A DNA stretch of 64,000 nt from Utricularia gibba. Its lineage: Eukaryota; Plantae; Magnoliophyta. This document shows, in pieces, positions 49,691 to 63,442 of the stretch; positions within the stretch are counted from its first letter, which is position 1; each line of letters starts with the position of its first letter. Where the stretch lies: the NCBI GenBank assembly GCA_002189035.1, contig CM007989.1:4774001-4838000 (forward strand), read 5' to 3'. Under the pieces are notes generated by a model. That model was not told the origin of the DNA and did no database searches. It was given only the letters and a program-made list of their open reading frames with translations. The translations under genes and the position numbers were made by a program.

Positions 49691-52600
49691 AAATATTTTT
49701 AAATTCTATTTTTTTAAAACAGAATTATTAATAATATGGATAAATATGTTATTTATTTACTAAAATCAATTCTAATTTTTTTATATTTCAAACATAACTT
49801 CATTTTACAATAATTATTTTAAAAAAATAGTTGGAAACATATATCAATTCTCATTGTAGTATAATTCTTAATTCTTCTAAAATCAATTCTGAAGTTTTTT
49901 TTTTTTCAAACATAGCTGCATAGTAATCCCACAATGGGCTAAGTGATCACCTCTCCCCTCAAAAAGACGAATATCAAAATTGAGATAATGTTCAATTTGC
50001 ATTTATATGTGAAAATCGATTCATTTCTTTCAAAGTTTAAACATAGGCCATTACACTGGTCGGGATACCCATTGAGTGCTATCTTCATTGTTAATGATGA
50101 ATATGTTACAATCAAGTTGACAATTTTACACATACAAATATCGAACTAAGCTTCAATTTTAATAAAGAGACACTTAGACTGCGAAAAGTGGCTCGGAGGG
50201 CACCTCCTACCTTCTAAAAAATGAACATGTTCTATCTAGATTCCATTAAGAGATGGTTAGCACCGAGACACTATAGATGGTAAAATTATTTAAAGAAATT
50301 GCAAAATGTTAAAAAATTAAATTAAATAATATATATTCTTTCATTATTATATTTTCATTCTTCAATCTTCAGCTTCTAAATTTTCATTAATATCATTTTT
50401 TAAATAATTATATTTATTTATTTGAAACTTTGATTGAATTAAAAGTTAATAAATGATTTTATATTGTCTCAAAATATTCTTTAATCTTCCTTTAACATTG
50501 TTTTTACCTGTTTTATGCATCAATTTCACATTGTTTTTGAATGATTTTGCATTATTTATACTAATTTGAGTTTTTTTTTCGCAGAAAAAGTATATTCTGT
50601 TAATTTTAAAATATTTTCAATTAAATTTGAAATGTACAGGGCTAAAAGGAGGCCCAAGAGCCATGAAATGTTTTTATTTAGCCCAAAGTACTCAACTAAA
50701 AGATTTGGAAAAAATATAAAAAGAAGAATATTACAAGATTAAGAAATAAGATTTTATTCAAACCCATAAAACAAGTATAACATGATTTGAATATCATTCC
50801 TTGGGGATTGACTCATTGAAAATATCATGCATTACTCGAATAAATGAGATTAAACCCATATTGGGGCTAAGTAATTGATTTAGTTCCAATATGTAGTAAA
50901 ACACCCAAACTATGCTAAAATATGAAATAAAATGCTAATTTTATGAGATTACGCAACAATTTTACTAGTTAAAATCATTGAAAATTATTTGTTATTACAT
51001 ACAAGGGAGAAGAACTTTTATTGTTATGAACTACATCTATATTCATTATGTTTCATTGTTTGATACTAGATTTTTAGTTTTGTCTTTTGTTTTTTATAAT
51101 TATATTGAAAAAAATCCACAATGGTCAATTCTTATATAGACGATTTTTGTTTATTATTTCAACAATTTTTGTATATTTACAGAATTATTATAGAAGGCTA
51201 TATTTAAGACTTAGTATTTTTGCAAATCTAATGTAAGTTATATTTTATATAATTATAATATATATTATTATATTAATGACTCTTATTTCTCATTTTTAAA
51301 TTCGAATCGATATTTAGATATTTTCAGATTTCATTTACGATTTCTAGACAATATGCATTTTTTCAATATTTAATAACATCCTAATTTCAAATTTTGATGT
51401 ATATTTTATCAGATCTTTAAATTAATAATTTACCATTATTCTCTCTTCCCTCTCCTAATCTCTCACTGATCCAAATGTATCATTTATTAGTATCATATTA
51501 ATTTTGATTTTTCGTTCTAATGCATTTCAAGCCACAGAAAGAACTTCCATGCAACGTCTTGCACACATGATCTACAAATAAATCCCACGGTTGTTCTTAT
51601 CCCGACTTCATCGCAAGTACTAGGTGCACACACAATGTAGGGATTCTCTTTGAAAAATAATCCTCCTAAGTCCTAACATTATCTATTACACACAAGATCA
51701 AAATTTCACACATAGTATGGTTATTTCTCATACACAGTGCCATTGTTAATTTTCAAAACCATCCGAATATAGGAGGACTTTGTGTGATTAAAAAGAAAAA
51801 AAAAACAAGATATTTTAGGGAAAGAAAGGAAGTTGAATGTCAGCTGTGGTCTTTGTAATGAATCGGAAGCAGGAGCAGCAGGAGGAGACTTGAATGTGGC
51901 ATTTAGGGTCTCACCCACATGCCGTAAGTTCCCCTCGTTCTTTCACTGTCTCTTATTATTTTGCATCCCAATTGCCATTTCTTTTCTGGCACTGCCTCGA
52001 TCCAAGTACCGCACCAACTCCAACTCCTCCTCCACTCCACTCCCGCCACAACCAAAATCCCCCACCCTTTTTCCCCTTCCTGCTATAATTACATATGAAC
52101 ATAAAATCATATATCAATATTTGAAATTAAAATAAATATATAAGAAATTACAAATCATCAATAAAAAAGTTAGATCTCATTTTTTATAATGTAATTTATA
52201 TTTTTTATATACTTAAATTTCATATATGATCGTTCAATTTATCGAATTTTTAATTTCAATAATACTAATTACTATTTTTCAAACTCAGGTACCCCTTCTA
52301 ATCTATATTGTATTATATTGTATAGTTGAAAGCCTAAAACTGAATGCACATCCAAACAGTTATATGATTTAAGTTAAATAAATTTGTTGGGCTTATAAAT
52401 TTAGTTGTATTAATTGTGTTGTATTGTGATTTTAAATTGTAAAAATATAAAAATCTTCTTTTATAATAATCAAACATTTTAATCAAAATCAACACCTGTA
52501 TCATAATCAAATTGATCATTCTGAGTATTAGTATGTTGGATATAAATTGAAAATGAATTGGATCATAAGGGATTGCAAACTTCAAGAAATTGATGCAGCC

Positions 52601-54734
52601 CTCTTTTGAACAGTGGACGTCAATTAATTGGTACAAGAGCAACAGTGCTTTTCCTCCTCTTTTAAGTTTTTTTTTTTAAAAAAAAAAAACAAACACAAAG
52701 GAGGGTTAATGTGTGGGACCACGACAACTGTAAAAAAAAACTAAATCGACACGGTTATTACCGTGGCCCAAGGCGACCGCGACAGGGTCGTGTCATCAAT
52801 TTTATGTAATAAAAATGAAATGGCGGTTGTCACGTTTGCGTGAAGGGTTAAAAAAAAAAAGAAAATTGGAGGGGTTGTTACTTTTAAAACATAGGACCAT
52901 GATACGCCGGTAGGAGGATTATGAACAGTAACACCCCGAGACCACCCCCACCGTTTCTACGGTGGTCCAGGTGGACCCGCCCCCTCCCCGCCCCTTGCGT
53001 CTCAAGTGTTTGATGTAAAATTTATTACCCAGTATACTGAATAAATGGCTTCATTGTTATCATAGGTTGGTTTTATTTTCAAATTGAATGGCTGCATGTA
53101 CAATTATGGATGAGTGAGGACAACCGCACTCAATCATGCTCCTCCCACTTTAAATCCACGTGTACGGTAATCATTGGCTCCAATACACACACACACACAC
53201 ACTCTTAGTATTTCGAGGGAGTCCGTTATTTACCGGAGGGGAGCCCCAATGTCCTTTTGTTATCAACTGGAAACAACCCTTGGATGCAAATAATTAACAT
53301 TTTCTTTTTAAGAAATTAATATTAAATTTAATTTATATGAATTCAATTATTCAATATAGAAATAAACAAGGACGAAACATAGGCCCACTCCACCTAATCT
53401 ACTATAAAAAAAACCCTACAGTAACATTTATATTTACATTCATTACAAAAAATTACGATTTGGGTTTCGGATAAATAAAATTGGATTGGATGTTTGTGAA
53501 TTCCTTCTTTTAATGGGCAAGAGCCGGCGGGGAAAACGAAAAAAAGGTCAAAAAGGGATGGACGGGCACGTGTCGACGTCAAGGGAGGGACGACAACCGG
53601 TGAACCGGTCATTGGATCCCTCGAAAGGGAAAAGCAGTGGATAGAAAAAGAAGCTACAATCTGAAACCTTTCCCCTTTCCGTAAGCAACACAAGTCTAGG
53701 GATGGGATTAGCAACTAATTAATTGCATATTAAATCAATAACCCAACTCATGACGACCCTCGAAATGCTGGCGATCTCCGCCGTACATCTGGTAACCATC
53801 GGACGGTGAGCGTCCATGTCATGACGCCCACCCGCAACAAAGAGGCATAAGAGGCTGGAGCGGGAATGCGGAAAGGCGAACTATTCGCCAGAATCTGAAG
53901 AATATTCCGATCCACATCACAAACGTGTTCTCCCTTATGCGCGCTTTTCTTGAAAATACCACGGAAAATGATCATACCACTTTTCAAAGTAATATAAAAA
54001 ATTAATATCGAAATTCATCAATTTCATGCCCAATCGCATAATGATGCCATGTGCATCTTAAAAACGATACTATTTTATAACTGAACTCTCAAATATAAAC
54101 ATCATGTATATAATCTTTTGAACTATGGTTATCAAAATTCTCTTTTTATACGAGTTTCTTTAATGAATCTTATTTTTCTTATTTAATCTAAAAACATATA
54201 CTAAACAAAATAATATTTAAACCACATGCTATATTAATTCTAATCAAATAGCACTTGGATAATTAATGAAACTAAAATACATTCACCCAAATTTCTCTTT
54301 CTTGTTTTATTATATAATTTATTAAATAATTTAAATAAGAAGATTTTATAGTTGGATATGTAAATATTTCACAATTAATATTACATAATTTTTTTATTTA
54401 GTTATTCATTTATGATGAAAAAAGTTTTTTTAAAAATATTATTTGAGGTTAAATATGATAGTATACTTTCTATTACAAAAAAATGTTTTTTTAAATATGT
54501 ATTTTGAATTTTTGATTAATATTATATTTAAATATGACTATATTTAGCAACGATCAATTAAAATATAATATGACACCAGTAATGGTACTAGATAGTGGAT
54601 GGGGGGGGGGGGGTTATGTAATATGCTGTAGTTGAGGTGGAGTGGGAGTGAATATGAGAAGAGTGTAGGGACTGAATAGCAAGGTCGCCCACAACTTACA
54701 TTTATCGTTGGTGTCGGCCAGGGCCTTTCCCTCC

Positions 54735-54741
54735 TATAAAT
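54735..54741 (+). promoter_or_regulatory. TATA box of the GRAS gene
   Basis: CCTATAAATT lies 133 nt upstream of the ATG at 54868 and is followed by a C/A-rich leader. Confidence 0.7.
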
Positions 54742-54867
54742 TAGAAAACCAATTGGCTTCTTCCCCTTGAGAACAAACTCTGACCCACCCCCACCCCACA
54801 CACACACAACCTCAATGCAGCCTTTCTCCCCATCTTGAGGCCTTGTGTTCTTTCCGCCCACAACCCC

Positions 54868-56592
54868 ATGTCTTCCGGCGGACCTCCCGATTTCTACTCC
54901 TCCGCAACAAGATCAGCAGCCGCCTCTTCACTGCTCCCCACCGTCGCATCCCCCGTCTACAATCCCTTTCTCGCGCAGGAGCACCACCACTTGCCCTTGC
55001 AGTCGCCGATGATGGGGCAAGATTCACGGGCGCAGATCCGCCTGCCGGAGTTTCTTGGGAGGAGATCTCTCCTAGATATTCAGCAGAATCCGCAAGCGGT
55101 GGGTTTTTATCTACGGAACGCGAAGAAGATGAGGCCTCATTACGAGATTTCTCCTCAGACTTTGTCGCAGCACACCCCGCTCCCACCGGAGTTTTCGAAC
55201 CCGAGGTACGGGATCCCGATTTTGCGCCAACAGAGGCCGCACGATTTCACTTCTTCCAACGCCAATTTGAACGGGCAGTTTACCAGTACCGAGGAGACGC
55301 AGAAGAGTTTGATGAATCACCGGCTACAAGAACTGGAGAAAGAGCTTCTCAAAGATGAAGAAGAGGATGAATCTGTCTCCGTCGTTACCAACACCGAATT
55401 ATCGGTGGCGATTCGGAATCTGATCGACCCGGCGCAGAATACAATTTCCCCGTCCCCCACTTCGCCTTCTTCTTCCTCCTCCTCCGCCTCCGTTACCCAG
55501 CCTTACCCCTGTCATAAGCAAGCTGTAATCGACGCCGCTGTCGCTATCTCGGAGGGGAAACTCGACGCCGCTGCGGAGATTTTCTCACGCCTACTTCAGG
55601 AACCCAAGCGGAGCCTCGCTGGTTACATGGTCTCCGCCTTTAAATTCCGTGGTAGTTTTAATTTCCCGTCGATGACGATGGAGGAGTATTCCGTGTCGAC
55701 ACAGATGTTATATTGCGTTTCTCCGTGTTTCAAGCTCGGTTTCATGGCTGCAAATCTCGCCATTCTTGAAGCCGCCTCCGTGGAAAACCTCTGTTTCCAG
55801 AAGATTCATGTCTTGGATTTCGAGCTCGGACAAGGCGGACAGTACGTTCATTTGCTCCATGCCTTAGCGGCGGCGGAGACCGGCAGCAAATCACTGGTGA
55901 TCACCGCCTTCACCTACACCGGCGTCGGAGAGGAGAAATTGAAAGCCGTCGGAGAGGGACTGAAAGCTGTGTCTCAGAAAGTTGGAATTTCTCTGGTTTT
56001 TCACGCTAGGGATTTCAACATCGGCGCAATCAGCCGCGAGAAGCTAGAAATTAACTCCGACGAAGCACTCACCGTGAATTTCGCCTTCAAGCTACACAAA
56101 CTGCCGGACGAGAGCGTGTCCGTCGAGAACATCCGCGACGGCTTGCTCCGCCGCGTCAAGACTCTGTCCCCCGCGGTGGTCACAGTGGTGGAGCAAGAGC
56201 TAAACACCAACACGGCACCCCTGACCACGCGCGTTCGCGACGCGTACGATTACTACGCAGCCTTAATGGAGTCCCTCGACTCCACCATCTCCCCCGAGAG
56301 CCCCGATCGGGAGAGGATCCTCGACGCGATCGGACGGAGGATCTACAACTCGGTGGCGTCGGAGGGTCGCGAGCGCGTGGAACGATGCGAGGTGTTCGGC
56401 AAGTGGCGGTCCCGGATGAGCATGGCCGGCTTCCAGCCGCTGGTACTCAATCCACGCGCCGCCAATTCACTCCGAGCCAAACTCAACACGGGGACACGTG
56501 TCAATCCGGGATTCACTGTTGGCGAAGATGCCGGCGGTATATCATTCGGGTGGAGGGGGAAAACCCTGACCGTCGCGTCCGCTTGGCGCTGA
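54868..56592 (+). CDS. SCL8: GRAS-family transcription factor, SCARECROW-LIKE 8 type (574 aa, intronless)
   Basis: Starts MSSGGPPDFY. Contains MNHRLQELEKELL...ESVSVVTN (SCL8-type), the VHIID-equivalent IHVLDFELGQGGQY, the PFYRE region VVTVVEQELNTN, and RVERCEVFGKWRSRMSMAGF; ends LTVASAWR. Confidence 0.92.
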   Translation: MSSGGPPDFYSSATRSAAASSLLPTVASPVYNPFLAQEHHHLPLQSPMMGQDSRAQIRLPEFLGRRSLLDIQQNPQAVGFYLRNAKKMRPHYEISPQTLSQHTPLPPEFSNPRYGIPILRQQRPHDFTSSNANLNGQFTSTEETQKSLMNHRLQELEKELLKDEEEDESVSVVTNTELSVAIRNLIDPAQNTISPSPTSPSSSSSSASVTQPYPCHKQAVIDAAVAISEGKLDAAAEIFSRLLQEPKRSLAGYMVSAFKFRGSFNFPSMTMEEYSVSTQMLYCVSPCFKLGFMAANLAILEAASVENLCFQKIHVLDFELGQGGQYVHLLHALAAAETGSKSLVITAFTYTGVGEEKLKAVGEGLKAVSQKVGISLVFHARDFNIGAISREKLEINSDEALTVNFAFKLHKLPDESVSVENIRDGLLRRVKTLSPAVVTVVEQELNTNTAPLTTRVRDAYDYYAALMESLDSTISPESPDRERILDAIGRRIYNSVASEGRERVERCEVFGKWRSRMSMAGFQPLVLNPRAANSLRAKLNTGTRVNPGFTVGEDAGGISFGWRGKTLTVASAWR

Positions 56593-56733
56593 TGTTACTT
56601 TACTCTTGGGATCCACTTGGTAATAACGAATTAACTTTATGCTTTGCAATTATCATCGCCATTCTTTAAATAATATATAAACCCTCTTTTCCTCACCCCC
56701 AATTATTATTTTATCAACCATGAAGTCAACCCC

Positions 56734-56736
<3 letters not shown>

Positions 56737-56775
<39 letters not shown>
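56737..56775. repeat. (AC)n microsatellite
   Basis: About 19 uninterrupted AC units just downstream of the GRAS stop codon. Confidence 0.95.
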
Positions 56776-56780
<5 letters not shown>

Positions 56781-58809
56781 TAAATGTTGCTAGTGGGCCG
56801 GCTGGATTTCCATTTATAATTCACATACACTATTTCCGTTCTCTTCTTGCTCCCCTACTTTCAAATGCCACAACGAGATATATATAGAAGGTTTAAACGA
56901 GGCTTTTTTTTTTTTCTCGGAATTTCAAAGTTTATAGAAGGAAATTTGCGCAAAAAAAAAAAAGAATGAGAAATACAAATAGAATGAAATCATTACTCTC
57001 TAGTTCCAAAAACAGATGGTATAATAAAAGACTTGATTCAAGAGGTTAATAAAGAATAAAATAGGTATTATGATATTTTAAAATTAGGAATATTTTTAAC
57101 TGTCCACCTTTTAGTGTTCGTTAGTTCTCCATATCGGGGAAAGATTAATTTTTTTAGTGTAGTGAATTTGGAGGCGTTTGAGGTTGAATGCAACCTTAAT
57201 GCACAGTGTCGAGGGAGTGAAGGAAAGATTCTTGCAGTATTGGGTCAGATGGGAGTGGGGCCCGGAGTGTCGGTACTTGTAGTTTTGTGTGTCGTGTGTA
57301 ACTTTCTTAATAACATTTAATCCGGAATTGTAATTCATTTGGGAAATAATTGACTTTTTTAGGGGGTTTGAATTATTGAATATAATATTAATATAATTAG
57401 GAAGAAAATGGGGGCCAAGTAGAAAAAAAAAAAGTGTGGATAGCAGGGGCAGGCATTAAATGCACATTCCGAAAAACAAGGTGCAAGATATTTTAAGTGC
57501 AGGGGTAGGGGCGGCTCTTCCTTGTACTTGGCGCCCCGGTTTCCTCGGCCACTCCATTGACCTCAACCTCAAAGCCCACAGTTTGTGTTTACTTTTTTAA
57601 AATATATTTTTGTAATACAAAAATACGATCCCTTGAAGGAGGAAAAGGAAAGAGGTATGCCATGCGCTTGGATGAAATACCAAACTATCTATCATAACTG
57701 TTCAAAATTCAAAATTTCTTTTTGAATGTTCATACAAAACACATATTTCAACTACATTTTAATAATATTTTCCATCGAAAAAACAATCTAAATCTGAAAT
57801 TTAGATGAAATTTAAAACTCTACTATAATAGGAATTAAACAAAAACTGATTTGACTATGGTTTCCTCATTAGCTCACATTCTTCTGATTTTATTAGTCTC
57901 GTGGAAACATTAAATCCCTTCTTACTTATGAGGGGTCTCTCTTCTTATGTTTGAATTTAAAAAATAGAGTAGAATAAAAAAACCACAAATCAAATCAGTT
58001 CAAAAAGAATAAATTAAAAAATATATATATAATGTGGAGAAGTGGGATGGGAGATGCCCTTGTGTAAGGGCCTGGACGGAGGCTCTATCCGAGGGAAGGC
58101 ACTAGAATCACTACCTACAGGGATGGGATGGTACTTGAGTTATTTTGAAAACTATACACTATAAAAAAAACCTATTTAGAAAACTATCTATCGTATGAAC
58201 TGTGTGTATATGAATTTAGAAAACTATCTATCTTATTGTTTATATGTATATACGTATTATAAATGTAATAATTTGTATTTTATTAATATGCAATATACAT
58301 TTACAAAAAAATGGAATCTACATACTTTTTATTATAATATTTACAGAAAATATTTTTGTTTTATGAAACCTGTATACATAAAATCAAAATTATTAACTAA
58401 AAAAATATTCATTATAAAAAAAGAATTGGTTATTATTACACACAAATAATAATATATTACTTATTTAAAATAGAAGTTTCAAAAACTTTTTATTAAATTG
58501 TTAGGACAATCTTAAATTTTTTTTTAAATAAATATTTTAAAAATTTTGAAAAACAATTATTCTGGTTTTCAAAATCATAAATCTTTATTCCTTCAAATCA
58601 ATTCTAAAAATTTAAAAGTATAAATTCATTTTCAAAAATTTTATTATTAAACACATTATTATTAAAGTTTCAAAAATTCGTATTTCCAAATATTTATAAA
58701 TTCAAAAAAATATTTCAGATTAAACAAAAATGCCCCCCCCCCTCAAAAAAAAATGTTCTCCATTATAAGATCCATGATAATTTAATCTCTACTATTAAAT
58801 AAAAAGTAA

Positions 58810-61060
58810 GTCACTAAAATAAAACAAAAAAAAATCGATTAATTGTGTAGTCACTGCAATCGAGTAATTGTGGTGACCTACCTATTTTCAAATACTATTT
58901 ATATAGTCACCGCAATCGATTCATTGCAATGACTATGTAAATAATGTTTTAAAATACGTAAGTCAGTGCAATCGTTTGATTGCTTTGGGACTCTTAGGAG
59001 ATGTATACTTATCACTAAACATGCTTATACAAGCCATAAGTCAAACAATTAACACATAAGATTTAGGTCTATCTGGATTCTTGTTTTTCCCCAAATTTTT
59101 GGTCTAACTCTAATTATGGTTGTTAATATGAGTTTCACTACTTACCCTTCCTAGATCTATACTAATTTTTTATGAAGTGGTGTGATTTATTGTTGATTAA
59201 GTCTAAAGATTGACTAGCACAAAACTCCCCTTTTCACCCGAAGTCACCCCTAAATGCTTAACCACTCATGCTTAAGGTAAACGAAAATACAAAAGAAATC
59301 ATCATCCATATTGTACTCATCTCACAGTCGACTACCAGAAAATAAAAAAACAGGAAATTTAAAAGTTCAACAGAAAACTAAAAACGTCACTAACTACTCT
59401 TAGCTAAGAGTAGTATTTCTTGAAAACATAAAATAGTCTTCAAATATCAGCTTCGTTCTTGGTTCGTCTTCCTCCTAATTCCTCCCATAAACCTTCTCCA
59501 TAAAGAATGTCGCGTGTGTCCAATGTGAGTGATATTTTTATCTCTCCCTCTTGTACCTCTTTTTGTCCAAAATTCAACTTTTTCATTCATTTGATTTTGT
59601 GTGTACTCCTTTTGAGACTTCTGCATCATCTTTTGTCACTACATTGTTGTTATCCGACTTTTTAGGATTAATGTTACGACATGTGCTACATTGATCAATG
59701 AAAACTATTAGAAGATTGAATTATACAGTACTATGCGTAAAAATATGGAATTATACAGTAAAACTTAATTTTTGTTGCACAATATGAATGTTTTTCATAT
59801 ACTCAATCACTCAAAAATATGTGTTAAAAATGTGGAACAAAGCAGTTAAACTTAAATCTGCATAATTTTTTAAAAATGTATAATATTTATTTGTAGAACC
59901 TTATGTAATATTACTTAAACAATTCTATTCATTATTCATAAAAACATTAAAATATGGTACTAGTATGTATAAATAAATTACAAACAGCATTTATAAATAT
60001 ATAAGTCTATTAGATTTATATGATTTATAAAAATAAAAAATTATAAACATGTAATAAAATACAAATTTCAATGAATTTTGTAGTAAAATAGCAGAGCAAT
60101 ATCTATATATATTTGAAAATTATTTCTTATTGTATATATTTTAAATTTAAAAAATATTTTTTTATTTAGTTCATTCCATTTGAGAAAAAAATCTTTAATA
60201 CTACTTGCAAAAAAAAAAGTAAAATACGAATTTAAAATATAAAAATAAACAATCTATCCAAATAACATTTAATAATTAGATGATATATAATACAAATTTA
60301 AGATATAACAAAAAATGTATACCTTCGAAATAAGACTTTGAGATTGGGTGATACTTAATGTACATTTAAAATAAAAATAGACACTCAATGTAAATAGTAT
60401 TATAGTGAATGATGCATAACAAATATAAAATACAAAAATAGTAAGTAGATTCAAATAACACTTTAGAATTAATTAATTCATAATAGAAATTTAAAATAAA
60501 ATAAAATATACTCTATTCAAATAAGAAATAAAAATTGAATGATATATGATATAAATGTAAAATAAAAACATAGGTATTCTAAAAACATAGGTATAAATGC
60601 AAATAACATGCAATGTTCAAATGATTTATGTAAGAAAATATATTTCATATTCTTTATTTCAATAAAAGAGTTTAAGTATTAAATAATAAATATAATTTTT
60701 TAAAGTAAATTTATAATTTTTTGAAAGAATTTATAAATTAAAATACTAAATAATTTATTTATCATGCTTTAAAAATATTTATTCAACAATTTTCATAATT
60801 TAATAATTTTTCGAGTAAATGTAAATTATTATCTGTGAAATTAAACAATTACACTGACTTACCTTTTTAAAAATATTGTTTTTATAGTCACGGCAATCGA
60901 GTAATTAAAATTATTTTCCTGTTTTAAATATTATTTACGTAGTCTTTGTAATCAACTAATTACAAGGGCTTAACCATTTGAAAATATTATTTACATTGTC
61001 ACGACAATCGTTTAATTGCAATGAAAATATTATTTACATCGTAATCAACTAATCACATGG
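58810..61060. repeat. Arrays of short imperfect palindromes resembling CACTA subterminal repeats (58840-58980 and 60885-61060)
   Basis: Repeated GTCAC.GCAATCG..T.ATTG unit on both sides of the LTR remnant. CACTAAAATAAAAC at 58812 is a possible degenerate TIR, but no matching opposite TIR was found. Confidence 0.4.
58985..59826 (-). mobile_element. Truncated Athila family B LTR remnant
   Basis: Colinear with 17465-17590, 16713-17203 and 17660-17838, and ends CTCAATCACTCAAAAATATGTGT. Both termini are clipped. Confidence 0.8.
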
Positions 61061-61991
61061 TTCAAAATCCAAAACCGAGATTTACGAATTGAATCGTAAC
61101 CGAAATTGTGGTTACTGTTCGTAGGTGCTTTATAGCCATCCATATGAATCCTTATGGATGTCTAGAATTGAAATTTTTAATAAATATTAAATATTTAAAA
61201 AATTGATTTTTATTCTAAATAAAAATAATATATACATACGTAAATTTATTTTTTTCAATTATATTTCTAATAAATTATTTTTAGTTTAACTCTTTAATAT
61301 TTCTGAGAAAATATTTTTTTATTATTAAAAAGTTAATATATTTAAAGAATTTAATCTTACAGTTCACAGAAAAATGAAAAATAATAATGTTATATTAACA
61401 TAATCTGTAAAATAAATAATTTGGTAATAGTTTAATATAATAATATGAAATAAATAAATTTGATATAAGTTCAATATATAATAAATAATTTGGTATATGT
61501 TTAATATATAATATAATACGAAATAAGTTAATTTAACTAAAAATTAATAAATATTTTTATCGTCCATTTTGTAATTCGTATGATTGTTTTTTATGTTCAA
61601 TTTTGTAATTAATATAAAAAACATGATTCAGTTATTAAAAATTTGAAGCGATACCTACAAATTAGAGGATTTCGTAGCACGTCAAAAAAAATGATACGGA
61701 ATATTTTTCTAGTAACGGCACCTACGAAATAAGTACTTTGGTAGGATTCAGCCATAATAATACGAAATAATTTAATTTTATTGGAAAAAAAAAATATTGT
61801 TGTTATTTCTTTTGTAATTTGTATGTTTGCTTTTATGTTTAATTTTATAATTTTCGTAAAAAATGTCAATTTGTTATTAGAAAATTAAGCGACATTTGCA
61901 AAATAATTAGATTGTCACTATTGAAATATAATACTACAAAATATGTCAAATCTTTTGAAAAAAAAAAATACAACATTGTTACTGACTCTTT

Positions 61992-63442
61992 TCATTTTAT
62001 TCCCTTTCCTTTGGGTTTGCCTCTACCTATTCCTTTATCTTTGCTTGTGCCCGCAGTTGTAGAACGTATGTTTCTTTGTTGAGCCATTGCTATAATATCG
62101 TTTTCATTCAATTGAGCTTGCAATCTGTGAAGTTGTAATTCTTCCTTTAACACCTGTATTTTTTCATTCAGCTTCATTATTTCCAATTGAAAGTTGATAG
62201 ATTTTTGTTGTCCAGCAATCAATTCATTGACTTTCATCTTCAATTCAACCTTGTATACAGATTGGTGTGCTACCAAGTCATCTATTCTGTTTTTGTTTTT
62301 CTGAATCTGAAACTTCAGATCTGTTATCTATAGAAGAAAAAAAAACTAAATTAGAAAACATAAAAAAACAACTATCACATTTATTAGCAAAATTAGTTTC
62401 ATTTTTATTACCTCATTTTCCATTCGTTGAATGTGTTTAAATTGGTTTAAAATGAGTTCTTTGTCATGTTGGCGTGCAACCGAGAGCTCCTCATTAATAT
62501 ACATTTCAGCTTCCTCATGAATAGGCACTTCATTCTTCTCATCTCCATTTTCTTGTTCAGAATTCTCCTATACAAAAAATTTTTTATATTGCAAACCTTA
62601 TTTATTTGAAGAGAAAATTAAAAATTTAAATAATATTCCTACTTTATTTACCTGTTGTTCATTGCTATTGATGTTTAGCTTAATGGGTTGTTCATAAACA
62701 ACAAGCTGATGATGATTTCGCCTTGATATTGGTGTAGACCGCCACTCAACGACACCATGAATGTTTCGACATGCTGTCATAGTGTTAAATAAATAAGTAA
62801 AATAACATATTTGAAAAATAATGTAAATTAACAAGACTTACTTCGAATTTGAGCAGACTTCGGGATGATGTCTTCAATCATATATCTCTTTGATTACAAA
62901 AGACTTTTTAATGCATGTTTAGTTTCCTCATTCACATTGATTTTTTTCAATACGAGAATTTATAACATCATCCCCTGGATATGTCAATGGATAATGCCTT
63001 GAGATTTCAAAAGATGAAGGTGGTACAATCCATAAAAGAAGTTTATGCTATCGTGCCACAGTTCTAGGTATGTTTTGATAAAATCTATTATTTGGTAATT
63101 CTTGAAAATACCATGTTCCAGTAGCAGCTTTTTTTGGAACAGATAGTGCAAAAAATTTGACAATGAAGTTTCCACATATTCTTCTTCACACAAGTGTAAG
63201 AAAGCTAAGATAATACTATAGGAAGATGGTGCTAAAAACCCAATAGGCAATCTCAAGTAGTTGAGCACATCAAGAGCAAATGGATGAATAGGTAGCCTAA
63301 GACCAGCATCAAATGTTTTATGAGACACAAGCCAAGCATTGGGATGTTCATGAGGGGGATTGGCATCAAGAGGTGTGTTTTGCGGAGCAGGAATTGTCAA
63401 CCAATCGGTTGGGATGAAATATTTAACACGAAATCTATCCAT
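61992..63442 (-). pseudogene. Spliced transposon-type gene: Transposase_28 (PF04195)-like domain plus coiled coil; exon 1 disrupted
   Basis: FDAGLRLPIHPFALDVLNYLRLPIGFLAPSSYSIILAFLHLC matches the remembered PF04195 pattern. Three GT-AG introns (62774-62841, 62568-62651, 62328-62411) join exons 2-4 in one open frame ending GRGKPKGKGIK*. Exon 1 has frameshifts and a stop around 62990-62890. Confidence 0.7.

Noticed and set aside
50450-50900. Possible degenerate LTR fragment
   Set aside because: Only a compositional resemblance; no termini, TSD or alignable partner in the window.
54812-56669. Alternative-frame and antisense ORFs over the GRAS gene (54812-55186, 54843-55358, 55111-55320, 56001-56228, 56385-56669)
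   Set aside because: Expected by-products of high GC content in the real CDS; no independent motifs.
58157-60407. CACTATAAAAAAA as a CACTA TIR paired with TTATAGTG at ~60400
   Set aside because: Only 8 bp of complementarity, and the 3-bp flanks (ATA and AAT) do not match.
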